Assembly (NCBI GenBank): GCA_031269205.1
Contig: JAISZM010000163.1
Location: 1-47,885 of the forward strand
Reading direction: 5' to 3'
Origin: Eubacteriales Family XIII. Incertae Sedis bacterium
Lineage (GTDB): Bacteria > Bacillota > Clostridia > Peptostreptococcales > Anaerovoracaceae
DNA: 47,885 bases
A model generated the notes under the pieces. The model saw nothing but the letters and a program-made list of their open reading frames with translations, had not been told where the DNA came from and ran no database searches. Numbering within the stretch: the stretch's first letter is position 1; each line of letters begins with the position of its first letter. Below, one piece after another: positions 1 through 8,497 of this stretch. A program made the translations under genes and the position numbers.

Positions 1-344
1 CGCTCCCTGTCCTGCGGCACCTCGCCGTCGAACTCCTCGAGTAGCTTTCGCGCGAGATTTATGATGTTCGCGGACTTCGTGCGATACATGCCTATCGTGC
101 GTATGACGTTCTCCACGTCCTCCCGGCGCGCGCCTGCGAGAGCGGCCGCGTCGGGCCAGCGCCGAAACAGCTCGGGGCTGACCTTGTTCACGCTCACGTC
201 CGTCGTCTGCGCTGACAGCACGACGGCCACGAGCAGCTGGAACACGTTCACGTGGTCGAGCGCGCACTCCGCCTCGGGATAGGCGGCCGCGAGCGCGTCG
301 AGCACGCGGATCATCTTCGGCTTTGTCAGGGTATCTCGCTTCAT
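1..344 (-). CDS. nth: Endonuclease III (HhH-GPD DNA glycosylase), 5' part only; the gene continues beyond the window start
   Basis: Manual reverse-strand translation from the ATG (complement of 342-344) gives MKRDTLTKPKMIRVLDALAAAYPEAECALDHVNVFQLLVAVVLSAQTTDVSVNKVSPELF... The LSAQTTD..VNKV motif is typical of Nth. It is absent from the ORF track because there is no stop inside the window. Confidence 0.85.
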   Translation of the reverse strand, partial: MKRDTLTKPKMIRVLDALAAAYPEAECALDHVNVFQLLVAVVLSAQTTDVSVNKVSPELFRRWPDAAALAGARREDVENVIRTIGMYRTKSANIINLARKLLEEFDGEVPQDRE

Positions 345-528
345 ACCCGTTATTATACCTCGAAAACTTCCAGCGCTTATATCTGCCTGGTAAAAACGCG
401 GGATAAGCCAGGCTCTCGATTCCCTGCTGTTCGCTGTAGGGGTAAGAGGCTTCAGGGAATTGAACCCCATCGCCCTCCCTGCTTTCCATCGTATATGGTA
501 TACTTGAGGGCAAGGAGAGATAATTAAA

Positions 529-2277
529 ATGCCAAACGAAACACTTGATTTCCATAACGACCCCGAGGCGCGTGAAGCTTACCGCCATACGGCGTCGCAC
601 ATCATGGCGCAGGCCGTGAAGCGGCTATGGCCGGACGCGAAGCTCGCGATAGGCCCCGCGATCGAGGACGGGTTCTACTACGATTTCGACCTTGAACACA
701 AGCTCACGGAGGAGGATTTCAGAGCCATCGAGAAGGAAATAAAAAAAATTCTCAAGGCCAATTACCCGCTCGAACGCCGCGAGCTTTCGCGCGAGGACGC
801 GCTGAAGTGGGCGGACGACAGCGGCGAACCTTACAAGCGCGAACTCATTGAGGCGCTGCCGGAGGGCGAAGCGATTTCTTTCTATGAGCAGGGGGAGTTC
901 ACGGATCTCTGCCGCGGGCCGCACCTTGCGTTCACGGGGCAGGTGAAAGCCGAAAAACTCATGAGTGTGGCCGGTTCCTATTGGCGCGGCGACTCGAACA
1001 ACAAGATGCTTCAGCGCATTTACGGCACAGCGTGGCCGAGCCGCGAGGAACTCGACGCGTACATCGCCCGCATAGAGGAAGCGAAAAAGCGCGACCATCG
1101 CAGAATAGGTAAGGAGATGGGGCTTTTCATCCTCCACGAGGACGGACCGGGCTTCCCGTTCTTCCTCCCGAACGGCATGATAATAAGGAATGAACTCGAG
1201 CGGTTCTGGCGCGATGAGCACGCGAAGCGCGGCTACGCGGAGATCAGGACGCCGCTCATCCTGAACGAGGAACTGTGGCACACGTCGGGGCACTGGGATC
1301 ATTACAAGGAGAACATGTACTTCACGAAAATCGATGAAGCGGACTATGCGATCAAGCCGATGAACTGCCCCGGCGCCATGCTCGTATACGCGAACCGGAT
1401 GTACAGTTACCGCGACCTGCCCGTCAGGTTCGCCGAGCTTGGCCAGGTGCACCGCCACGAGATGTCGGGCGTACTGCACGGCCTCATGCGTGTGCGCACG
1501 TTCACGCAGGACGACGGCCACATCTTCATGCTGCCGGAGCAGACGGAGGATGAGATCATCAGGGTCATCGAGTTCACGGACTATATATACAAGCTCTTCG
1601 GCTTCGACTACCGCGTCGAGATATCGACGAAGCCCGAGGATTCGATGGGTTCAGAAGAGGACTGGGACAGGGCGACGGCCGCCCTCGTATCCGCGGCCGA
1701 GAAGAAGGGTGTGGAGTACGTCGTCAACGAGGGCGACGGCGCCTTCTACGGACCGAAGATAGACTTTCACCTGAGGGACAGCATAGGGCGCACGTGGCAG
1801 TGCGGCACGATACAGCTCGACTTCCAGATGCCCGGGCGCTTCGGCGTTACCTACGTCGGCGCGGACGGAAACAGGCACGTCCCCTACCTCATACATCGCG
1901 CCATCTTTGGCAGCATAGAGCGTTTCATAGGCATACTGACCGAGCACTTCGCGGGCAAATTCCCGCTGTGGCTCGCGCCCGTGCAGCTAAAGGTACTCAC
2001 GGTCACGGAACAGTACAATCCGTTTGCCGGGAACCTCGCGAAGAGATTTGAGGACGCGGGCCTGCGCGTGAAGGTCGACGGCCGCAACGAGAAGATAGGC
2101 TACAAGATCAGGGAGGCGCGTAACGCACGTGACTCGTACATCGTCGTCGTTGGCGAGAAGGAGGCGAACGGCGCCGTGTTGCCCGTGCGCTCATCGAAGG
2201 AAGGCGAGCTTGGCGAGTTCACGACGGACGCGCTCATAGCCAAGCTCACTGCGGAGGTGGCTAGCAAGGCGGTGTAG
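529..2277 (+). CDS. thrS: Threonine--tRNA ligase (class II), short form without the N-terminal TGS domain
   Basis: 582 aa ORF. It starts at the editing-domain motif HTASHIMAQAV and has class II core motifs (HRRIGKEMGLF, RTPLI..WHTSGHWDHY, FTQDDGHIF). GGAGAG lies 8 nt upstream of the ATG. Confidence 0.97.
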   Translation: MPNETLDFHNDPEAREAYRHTASHIMAQAVKRLWPDAKLAIGPAIEDGFYYDFDLEHKLTEEDFRAIEKEIKKILKANYPLERRELSREDALKWADDSGEPYKRELIEALPEGEAISFYEQGEFTDLCRGPHLAFTGQVKAEKLMSVAGSYWRGDSNNKMLQRIYGTAWPSREELDAYIARIEEAKKRDHRRIGKEMGLFILHEDGPGFPFFLPNGMIIRNELERFWRDEHAKRGYAEIRTPLILNEELWHTSGHWDHYKENMYFTKIDEADYAIKPMNCPGAMLVYANRMYSYRDLPVRFAELGQVHRHEMSGVLHGLMRVRTFTQDDGHIFMLPEQTEDEIIRVIEFTDYIYKLFGFDYRVEISTKPEDSMGSEEDWDRATAALVSAAEKKGVEYVVNEGDGAFYGPKIDFHLRDSIGRTWQCGTIQLDFQMPGRFGVTYVGADGNRHVPYLIHRAIFGSIERFIGILTEHFAGKFPLWLAPVQLKVLTVTEQYNPFAGNLAKRFEDAGLRVKVDGRNEKIGYKIREARNARDSYIVVVGEKEANGAVLPVRSSKEGELGEFTTDALIAKLTAEVASKAV

Positions 2278-2323
2278 CCCGGCGGCCGGGGAGACATGAG
2301 ATCTTTGATAACAAGGAGTTACG

Positions 2324-3391
2324 ATGAACACATTATTTAGTTGGCGGAGCAATAAATTCAGGCTGCGCGTGGTCGCCGCCGCGGTTCTTCTTATCGCGAC
2401 GCTCGCGTTCACAACGGGATGCGCGGGCGCGCCCACCACCGTCAACGACGCCCCGCCCGATAAGAGTTTCATCGCGCGCGTCTCCATCGTCGGCGAGATA
2501 TCGGACGTCAGCGACCAATACGCATCGTCGAACGACTCGTATCACCACGACTGGACGAATAAAACCATAGACGAGCTGATAAAGAACAAGCGCAACAAGG
2601 GTCTTCTGCTCTATGTCGACTCGCCGGGTGGCAACGTCTACGAGAGCGATGAGCTTTACCTGAAAATCATGGAGTACAAGGAAGAGACGAAACGCCCCGT
2701 CTACGTATACATGGGTCCCCTCGCCGCGTCGGGCGCGTATTACATCTCCGCTGGAGCGGACAAGATATATGCGAACCGCAACACCTGGACAGGCTCGATA
2801 GGCGTCATATCAGGCACGTATTTCGACGTGTCGGGCTTTCTGAAGAAGCACGGCATCACGGCCACCGACGTCACCTCTGGCGAGAACAAGGGCATGGGCA
2901 ACTACTTCGCGCCGATGACGGACGAGCAGCGCGCCATCATTCAGAGCCTCGTCGACGAGGCCTACGAGCAGTTCACCTCCATAGTCGCCGAGGGTCGCGG
3001 CATGGATGCGGAGGCGGTGAAGAAGGTCGCAGACGGTCGCATCTACACGGCGAAGCAGGCCAAAGCCGGCGGGCTGATAGACGACGTACTCACGGAGAAG
3101 GAGGCCGCCCGCGCCATCAAAAAAGAGATGGGCGATGATAACCTGAGCGTGAGCGATATACGCTTCGTCCCCGCAGACGACCTCTTCGGGCTGACCGGCG
3201 CCGACCCCTTCTCGCTACTTGGCTTCAGCCTAGGCTCGCTGTTCGGACTTACTCCGGACGAAGGGCTGTCCGGCGCGAGCGGCGCGCGGGCGGCGGATGA
3301 TTCGGAACCGAAGGAAGGCGACGTCAGCCGCGTCCTCGACCTCGCGACCAAGGGCGACCGCATCCCTCTGAAATATCTGTACGAGGGATGA
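2324..3391 (+). CDS. sppA: Signal peptide peptidase SppA (S49 family, 36K type) with an N-terminal membrane anchor
   Basis: 355 aa. Hydrophobic N-terminus. Motifs LLYVDSPGG and GPLAASGAYYISAGADKIYANRNTWTGSIGV are typical of S49. AAGGAG SD. Confidence 0.9.
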   Translation: MNTLFSWRSNKFRLRVVAAAVLLIATLAFTTGCAGAPTTVNDAPPDKSFIARVSIVGEISDVSDQYASSNDSYHHDWTNKTIDELIKNKRNKGLLLYVDSPGGNVYESDELYLKIMEYKEETKRPVYVYMGPLAASGAYYISAGADKIYANRNTWTGSIGVISGTYFDVSGFLKKHGITATDVTSGENKGMGNYFAPMTDEQRAIIQSLVDEAYEQFTSIVAEGRGMDAEAVKKVADGRIYTAKQAKAGGLIDDVLTEKEAARAIKKEMGDDNLSVSDIRFVPADDLFGLTGADPFSLLGFSLGSLFGLTPDEGLSGASGARAADDSEPKEGDVSRVLDLATKGDRIPLKYLYEG

Positions 3392-4455
3392 TAGCAATAA
3401 AAGTCATAGGCGTATTCATCATCGTCCTCATCGGCTTTCTCGCGTGTAAGGTCGGGTGGCTTCCCATAAAATCGGCCGCTTACCTCTCAAGAATCGTCCT
3501 GTTCATCGCCTGCCCGTGCGTCCTGTTCCTCGCCATCGCGCGGCAGGAATATTCGCTCGAGAGCCTTTACACGATGCTGACGCTCATGGCCGTGTCCGTC
3601 GTTCTCTACGTGCTCTCGTACGTGATAGGCTTCGCTTTCTGTCGCCTGTTCCGCGTGCCGCGCGCGGACACTGGCATGTATGTGAACTTCTGCGCGACGC
3701 CGAACAACGGCTTCATCGGCATCCCCGTCGCGCTCGCCGTATTAGGTCAACCTGTACTGTTCATTATCGCCCTGCTGAACATGATGCAAGCGTTCTTCCT
3801 GTACTCGTATGGCACGTATCTGCTGCGGTCGCGTTCCGGTAATAAGGACGGTGGCAGAGCCGCGCCCACAAGCGTCGCCACCGCGTCCGTCCAGGATGCC
3901 GATACCGCCGAAAGCGGGGATGTCGGTAACATAGCTTTCGCGGAAGACGCGCCTGCCAATCGCGCGGGAAGCCTGAAACAACTCCTCAAAGATTTCTTCC
4001 TACCGCCCGTGATCGGCTGCCTCGCCGGCGTGGCGTTCTTCCTCCTTCGCATACCAGTACCCGAGGCTGTGGCCGACGTCCTTGAATCCGTCGGAGCCAC
4101 GATGACGCCGCTCTGCATGATATTCATAGGGATACAACTGACCGAGAGCAGCCCGCGCAGGCTTTTCGCGAACAAACGGCTGCTTGCCGTGTCGATACTT
4201 CGCCTCATCGTCATCCCCGCCCTGTTCTTCGTCATCCTCCTGCCCTTGTATCTCATCGGCGTTCCGATGAGCATAGACTCGCTTCTTCTCAGCGCAATAC
4301 TCATCAACTTCATGACGCCCATAGGCGCGGCTCTGCCTCCGCTCGCAGAGATTTACGGCGGCAGCGTCAAACTTGCGTCAGAAGGCGTCTTCCTGTCGAC
4401 GCTCATCTCCATGTTCACGATCCCCATCATCTGCATTTTTCTCGGTATGCTATGA
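3388..4455 (+). CDS. AEC (auxin efflux carrier) family membrane transporter
   Basis: 355 aa. Two blocks of about 5 hydrophobic segments are separated by a hydrophilic loop. The N-terminus MIAIKVIGVFIIVLIGF is typical of AEC proteins. The start overlaps the sppA stop (ATGA). Confidence 0.85.
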   Translation: MIAIKVIGVFIIVLIGFLACKVGWLPIKSAAYLSRIVLFIACPCVLFLAIARQEYSLESLYTMLTLMAVSVVLYVLSYVIGFAFCRLFRVPRADTGMYVNFCATPNNGFIGIPVALAVLGQPVLFIIALLNMMQAFFLYSYGTYLLRSRSGNKDGGRAAPTSVATASVQDADTAESGDVGNIAFAEDAPANRAGSLKQLLKDFFLPPVIGCLAGVAFFLLRIPVPEAVADVLESVGATMTPLCMIFIGIQLTESSPRRLFANKRLLAVSILRLIVIPALFFVILLPLYLIGVPMSIDSLLLSAILINFMTPIGAALPPLAEIYGGSVKLASEGVFLSTLISMFTIPIICIFLGML

Positions 4456-4740
4456 ACGGAGCGCTGTAGGGGGGTGTCATGAGTGTCAATCGTAAGTACA
4501 AGGACAGTTTGTTCACAGATTATCTCGGCTCTCGGTTCCCTGCTGTTCGCTGCCGGGGTAACGATACGCTCGAGAACGTGCTGTACGGCGGCCAGCAGAA
4601 CGACATCTCGTTTCACATATATCAGTCATTTCCTTGCGCATAACAGCGTGTACCATGTACAATCAATGAGAGCGTGAATAGGTCGGCAAAGAAAGGGATT
4701 GCGCGGCAGCCTTGATTGAGCGTTTGCGCCGCCGCGCGGC

Positions 4741-5883
4741 ATGGTTCAGAGTGTGAAGAATATAAAACATAAGATACATGTAGTAATCGGCACCCGCCCG
4801 GAGGCTATTAAGATGGCTCCGCTCATTAAGGAACTCGAACGCCGCCCTGAGCAGTTTGAAGCGTCGGTCGTTGCAACCGGGCAGCATAGGGAAATGCTCG
4901 CCCAAGTACTCGATTCATTTGAGATCATTCCTGCGCATGATCTCGACATCATGCGGCACGGCCAGACGCTTGCGGACATCACCACCCGGGTGCTGAACGG
5001 AATGACTGAGTTGCTTCGCTTGGAGAGACCCTCCGCTGTCCTTGTCCACGGAGATACGACCACGGCCATGGCGGCCGCCATGGCGGCTTTTTACGAAGAG
5101 ATTCCCATCGGCCATGTGGAGGCGGGTCTTCGGACCTACAACACGAGGGAGCCTTTCCCCGAGGAATTCAACCGACAGTGCATCGGTTCGATGGCTTCAT
5201 ATCACTTCGCGCCTACGGCACTCGCAGAGAAAAACTTGCTTGACGAGCACAAAGACCCCGACCGTATCATCGTGACGGGAAACACCGCGATTGACGCCCT
5301 CGCGCTCACGCTCCATGACGCCTATTCAACGCCGGATTTGGATTGGGTATGCGATGATCGTCTGATTCTCGTGACATGCCACAGGCGTGAGAATCTAGGT
5401 GAAAATATGCGGGCGATATTTACAGCGCTTCGTCGCATAGTCACGGATTATCCGGACACAAAGGTGATATACCCCGTACATTTAAATCCGAGAATACAGC
5501 AAAAAGCAAAGGACATACTTGGGGATTCTGACCGCGTCAGGTTGATTGACCCTCTGGCCGTGATTGACTTCCACAACTATATGAACCGCGCCTATCTGAT
5601 CCTCACCGACAGCGGCGGCGTACAGGAAGAAGCTCCGAGCATGGGCAAGCCCGTGCTTGTCGCCCGCAACGTGACGGAAAGGCCGGAAGGCGTGGACGCC
5701 GGCACGCTCAAGATAGCCGGCGTGGCAGAAGAGGGGGTCTACGCATCGATAGCGGAACTGCTCGACGATAGCGCGCTCTACGAAAGGATGGCAGGCGCCA
5801 AGAATCCGTACGGCGACGGCCATGCGAGCGAACGCATCGCGGATTTTTTGTGGAAAACTCTCTCTATTACATGCTCGGGATGA
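4741..5883 (+). CDS. wecB: UDP-N-acetylglucosamine 2-epimerase (non-hydrolysing)
   Basis: 380 aa with VIGTRPEAIKMAPL, GQHREML, HVEAGLRTYN..PFPEE.NR and TDSGGVQEEAPSMGKP. There is no obvious SD. The ATG lies inside a 30-nt dispersed repeat, so the start is uncertain (an alternative GTG lies 12 nt downstream). Confidence 0.9.
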   Translation: MVQSVKNIKHKIHVVIGTRPEAIKMAPLIKELERRPEQFEASVVATGQHREMLAQVLDSFEIIPAHDLDIMRHGQTLADITTRVLNGMTELLRLERPSAVLVHGDTTTAMAAAMAAFYEEIPIGHVEAGLRTYNTREPFPEEFNRQCIGSMASYHFAPTALAEKNLLDEHKDPDRIIVTGNTAIDALALTLHDAYSTPDLDWVCDDRLILVTCHRRENLGENMRAIFTALRRIVTDYPDTKVIYPVHLNPRIQQKAKDILGDSDRVRLIDPLAVIDFHNYMNRAYLILTDSGGVQEEAPSMGKPVLVARNVTERPEGVDAGTLKIAGVAEEGVYASIAELLDDSALYERMAGAKNPYGDGHASERIADFLWKTLSITCSG

Positions 5884-5906
5884 GTGGAAGAAAGAAGCCC
5901 ATGCGC

Positions 5907-7106
5907 TCATCGCGCCGTTTGCTGCCAGCGCCAGGAATCGATACACATTTCGTCGATGCCGCGCCGCGCTTTGAAGCCGAGTTCTTTTTCGGCGAGACTG
6001 GTATCGGCGTAGACGGTCGCGAGATCGCCGGGGCGGCGGGGATATGCGGCTTTCGACAATTCCTTGCCACAGGCCCGCTCGAAAGCAGCAATGATCTCTT
6101 TCACGCTGGTTCCTTTGCCCGTTCCAATGTTGAATGCCCGGACATTCAAATCCTTCAGGCGCCGCTCTTTTTCATCTGTCGCGCTTGAGTTTTCAGTCAG
6201 AGACGCAACGCTGCAGGCATCCTTCTCCGTGATTTCCTTTTTATTATCCCGGTCTATCATTCTCCGCAGATATTCCATCGCAACCAGGTGGCCTTCCGCG
6301 AGATCCATCACATGGATGTAATCACGCACCCCGGAGCCATCGGGGGTATCGTAATCGTCGCCAAATATTCGTATTTCGGGGAGATCGCCGGCGGCGACTT
6401 TGGCTACGTATGGTAATAGGTTGTTCGGAATTCCCTGAGGTTCCTCACCGATCAATCCACTCTCGTGCGCGCCTATAGGATTGAAATATCTGAGCATGAT
6501 CACGCGCCACGCATGATCGACGGCGCCCATGTCCGTGAGTATGCGCTCTATTATGACCTTTGTCCAGCCGTATGGATTCGTAGCGCCGAGGGGATAATTT
6601 TCATAGTAGGGTACGGGGTTATCCTGCCTATACACGGTCGCGGATGAGCTAAAAATCAGGTTTTTCACATCAGAGGCGTTCATGGCTTTTAGCAGATTGA
6701 TGGTTCCCGTCAAATTATTATCGTAGTATTCCAGTGGTTTTTCGACGGATTCGCCGACGGACTTGATTCCGGCGAAATGAATGACGGCGTCGAAATCATA
6801 TTTGTTGAAAACCGTTGCTACGGCCGCTTCGTCCGTCAGGTCGACCTCTTCACAGATACAGGATCTGTCGGTTATTTTCTCTATGCGGGCAGGTACGTCT
6901 CGTTTGCTGTTTGAGAAGTTGTCAAGCAGTACGACATCGTAACCTCTGTCCAAGAGTACGACGGCGGTGTGGCTTCCTATGAATCCGGCGCCACCGGTCA
7001 AAAGTATTGTTTTATTATCAGAGCGGCTTGCATCGCGATTGGCCATAAGTAAGTCGGTGACGTTGTCGTCAATACTCCTCTCCGGAATCGTACGGTTCTC
7101 TATCAA
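5907..7106 (-). CDS. galE: UDP-glucose 4-epimerase with an internal insertion of about 35-40 aa
   Basis: 399 aa with ILLTGGAGFIGSH Rossmann motif, SSSATVY, NPYGWTK (YxxxK) and RYFNP. The ORF-track start is a TTG without an SD. The true start may be the ATG at M21 (about 7046). Confidence 0.88.
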   Translation of the reverse strand: MIENRTIPERSIDDNVTDLLMANRDASRSDNKTILLTGGAGFIGSHTAVVLLDRGYDVVLLDNFSNSKRDVPARIEKITDRSCICEEVDLTDEAAVATVFNKYDFDAVIHFAGIKSVGESVEKPLEYYDNNLTGTINLLKAMNASDVKNLIFSSSATVYRQDNPVPYYENYPLGATNPYGWTKVIIERILTDMGAVDHAWRVIMLRYFNPIGAHESGLIGEEPQGIPNNLLPYVAKVAAGDLPEIRIFGDDYDTPDGSGVRDYIHVMDLAEGHLVAMEYLRRMIDRDNKKEITEKDACSVASLTENSSATDEKERRLKDLNVRAFNIGTGKGTSVKEIIAAFERACGKELSKAAYPRRPGDLATVYADTSLAEKELGFKARRGIDEMCIDSWRWQQTAR

Positions 7107-7366
7107 TTAATATGTATCATATCATCATTCGATACGCCTTACAATCTGATCCCTTGTCCATTTTGGCTTCCTCACGTACCCTAAAGTACGCTCCGGTGAG
7201 CCAAAGCTTTGTATTAGACTCGGCTACGCCTCGCAGCTATCGCCCTCAGAACCCGATCTGAACAAAACTAGCGCGGCAACTGAATAGTTTCGATTTAACC
7301 ACCAAACAGTGACAAGAAATTTATAACCGATGTAAAGCCCCTGTAACCGCGGCGCGGCCGCGAAGA

Positions 7367-7372
7367 TATAAT
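7367..7372 (+). promoter_or_regulatory. Candidate -10 box (TATAAT) for dapA, giving a structured leader of about 115 nt
   Basis: Perfect TATAAT in the 384-nt galE/dapA divergent region. The -35 is weak. The downstream leader contains the hairpin GTGACAGG-CGAA-CCTGTGAC. Confidence 0.3.
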
Positions 7373-7490
7373 ATGATATAAGGTGAGCAAGCGCGCTGTG
7401 ACAGGCGAACCTGTGACCGCTCGCGAGGTAGCATGAACGACGAAGGCGAAAACTTTTCACACGTAGCTGATAGCGAGAAATGAGGCAAAA

Positions 7491-8378
7491 ATGGCGATAT
7501 TCAAAGGCTCGGGCGTCGCGGCCGTAACCCCCTTCAAGGGTGGCAAGGTCGATTTTGAGCGTTACGGCGGACTGCTCGATTGGTTCGTGGAGGCAGGCTC
7601 GGACGCCATCATCAGTTGCGGAACGACGGGCGAGGTCTCGACGCTGACGCAGGCTGAGCAGATCGAAACGATACGCTTCGCCGTGGAGCGCGTGGCCGGG
7701 CGAGTCCCGCTCATCGCGGGCGCGGGCAACAACGAAACGGCCGTAGCCGTGAGCAACAGCGAACTCGCGCAGAAGGCGGGCGCGGACGCGTTGCTCGTCG
7801 TCACGCCGTACTACAACAAGGCGTCGCGACGCGGACTCATCGAACACTTCGGGACGGTCGCGGCGTCCACGGATCTGCCCGTCATTCTGTACTCGGTCGC
7901 CTCGCGCACGGGAGTGAACATCGCGCCCGACGTTTGCGAGGAACTCGCGGAGATCCCGAACATAGCCGGGATCAAGGAGGCGAGCGGTGACATCTCGCAG
8001 ATTGCGGAGATCGCGCGCGTCACGCGAGGCAAGGGTTTCGACATATGGTCGGGCAACGACGACATGATCGTGCCGCTCATGTCGCTCGGCGGCGTGGGCG
8101 TCATATCGACCGTGGCCAACATCATCCCGAAGGAGACGCACGATATGTGCGCGGCGTGGTTCGACGGCGACTTCGCGAAGGCGCGCGATCTGCAGTTGTG
8201 GATGAATCCGCTCGTAAACGCCGTATTCATGGAGGTCAATCCGATCCCGATCAAAGCCGCTCTCCACCTCATGGGAAAGGTCCTCTACGAATACCGTCTG
8301 CCGATGTGCCCGATGGAGGACGGCAACTTTGAAAAACTGCGGACGCTGATGGAGGGTTATGGGCTGATTCTCCCGTGA
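7491..8378 (+). CDS. dapA: 4-hydroxy-tetrahydrodipicolinate synthase
   Basis: 295 aa with AVTPF, CGTTGE, TPYYNK and GIKEASGD (Schiff-base lysine region). GAGG SD. Confidence 0.95.
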   Translation: MAIFKGSGVAAVTPFKGGKVDFERYGGLLDWFVEAGSDAIISCGTTGEVSTLTQAEQIETIRFAVERVAGRVPLIAGAGNNETAVAVSNSELAQKAGADALLVVTPYYNKASRRGLIEHFGTVAASTDLPVILYSVASRTGVNIAPDVCEELAEIPNIAGIKEASGDISQIAEIARVTRGKGFDIWSGNDDMIVPLMSLGGVGVISTVANIIPKETHDMCAAWFDGDFAKARDLQLWMNPLVNAVFMEVNPIPIKAALHLMGKVLYEYRLPMCPMEDGNFEKLRTLMEGYGLILP

Positions 8379-8497
8379 TTTTAGGAGTATGTTAAGATAG
8401 TAGGGCAATAATGACGCTGCGGTGATAGCGCCGTATGGGGAAGGATTTGAATGTGAAAAACTTTTCACACGCCGCGTTAGCGGAAATGAGGCAAAAT

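Noticed and set aside
455-468. tRNA-like T-arm (GGGAATTGAACCCC; on the minus strand GGGGTTCAATTCCC) suggesting a tRNA gene or fragment.
   Set aside because: No matching acceptor stem (the complement of the 3' flank is absent about 60 nt away), D arm or anticodon arm could be assembled on either strand.
345-528. T-box riboswitch upstream of thrS.
   Set aside because: The leader is too short (184 nt) and I could not find the conserved T-box sequence or a specifier/antiterminator arrangement. An Infernal scan would be decisive.
625-1521. 298-aa ORF antisense to thrS. There are similar long antisense or out-of-frame ORFs at 7224-8468, 14177-14965, 17501-18514, 18430-20046, 21005-22474, 23680-24753, 25114-26427, 30782-31681, 32644-34032, 40726-41631, 44063-44842, 45184-46152 and 47147-47860.
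   Set aside because: They are shadow ORFs typical of GC-rich DNA. Each fully overlaps a gene with clear family motifs. Their translations are Arg/Ala/His/Pro-rich and low-complexity with no recognisable domains, and none has an SD-like start context.
4483-4677. 64-aa ORF in the AEC/wecB intergenic region, and the 87-aa antisense ORF at 4353-4616.
   Set aside because: Neither has an SD, both have odd composition, and they overlap the dispersed repeat at 4527-4561. They are more likely non-coding.
7107-7490. Lysine (L-box) riboswitch upstream of dapA, or an ncRNA in the 384-nt divergent region (nested stem TTTGGC..TCAC-GTAC-CCTAAA-GTAC..GTGA-GCCAAA at about 7163-7216).
   Set aside because: I could not recognise any L-box core motifs, and the dapA leader from the candidate -10 is only about 115 nt. 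The nested stem is imperfect and I cannot assign it to a known family. It remains unexplained.
8451-8468. TGTGAAAAACTTTTCACA palindrome as a CRP/FNR-type or Rex operator.
   Set aside because: The spacing is TGTGA-N8-TCACA, not the N6 of CRP-type sites, and TGTGAA-N6-TTCACA rather than the Rex N4 arrangement. The dapA copy has a different arm spacing, so a dimeric operator is not well supported.
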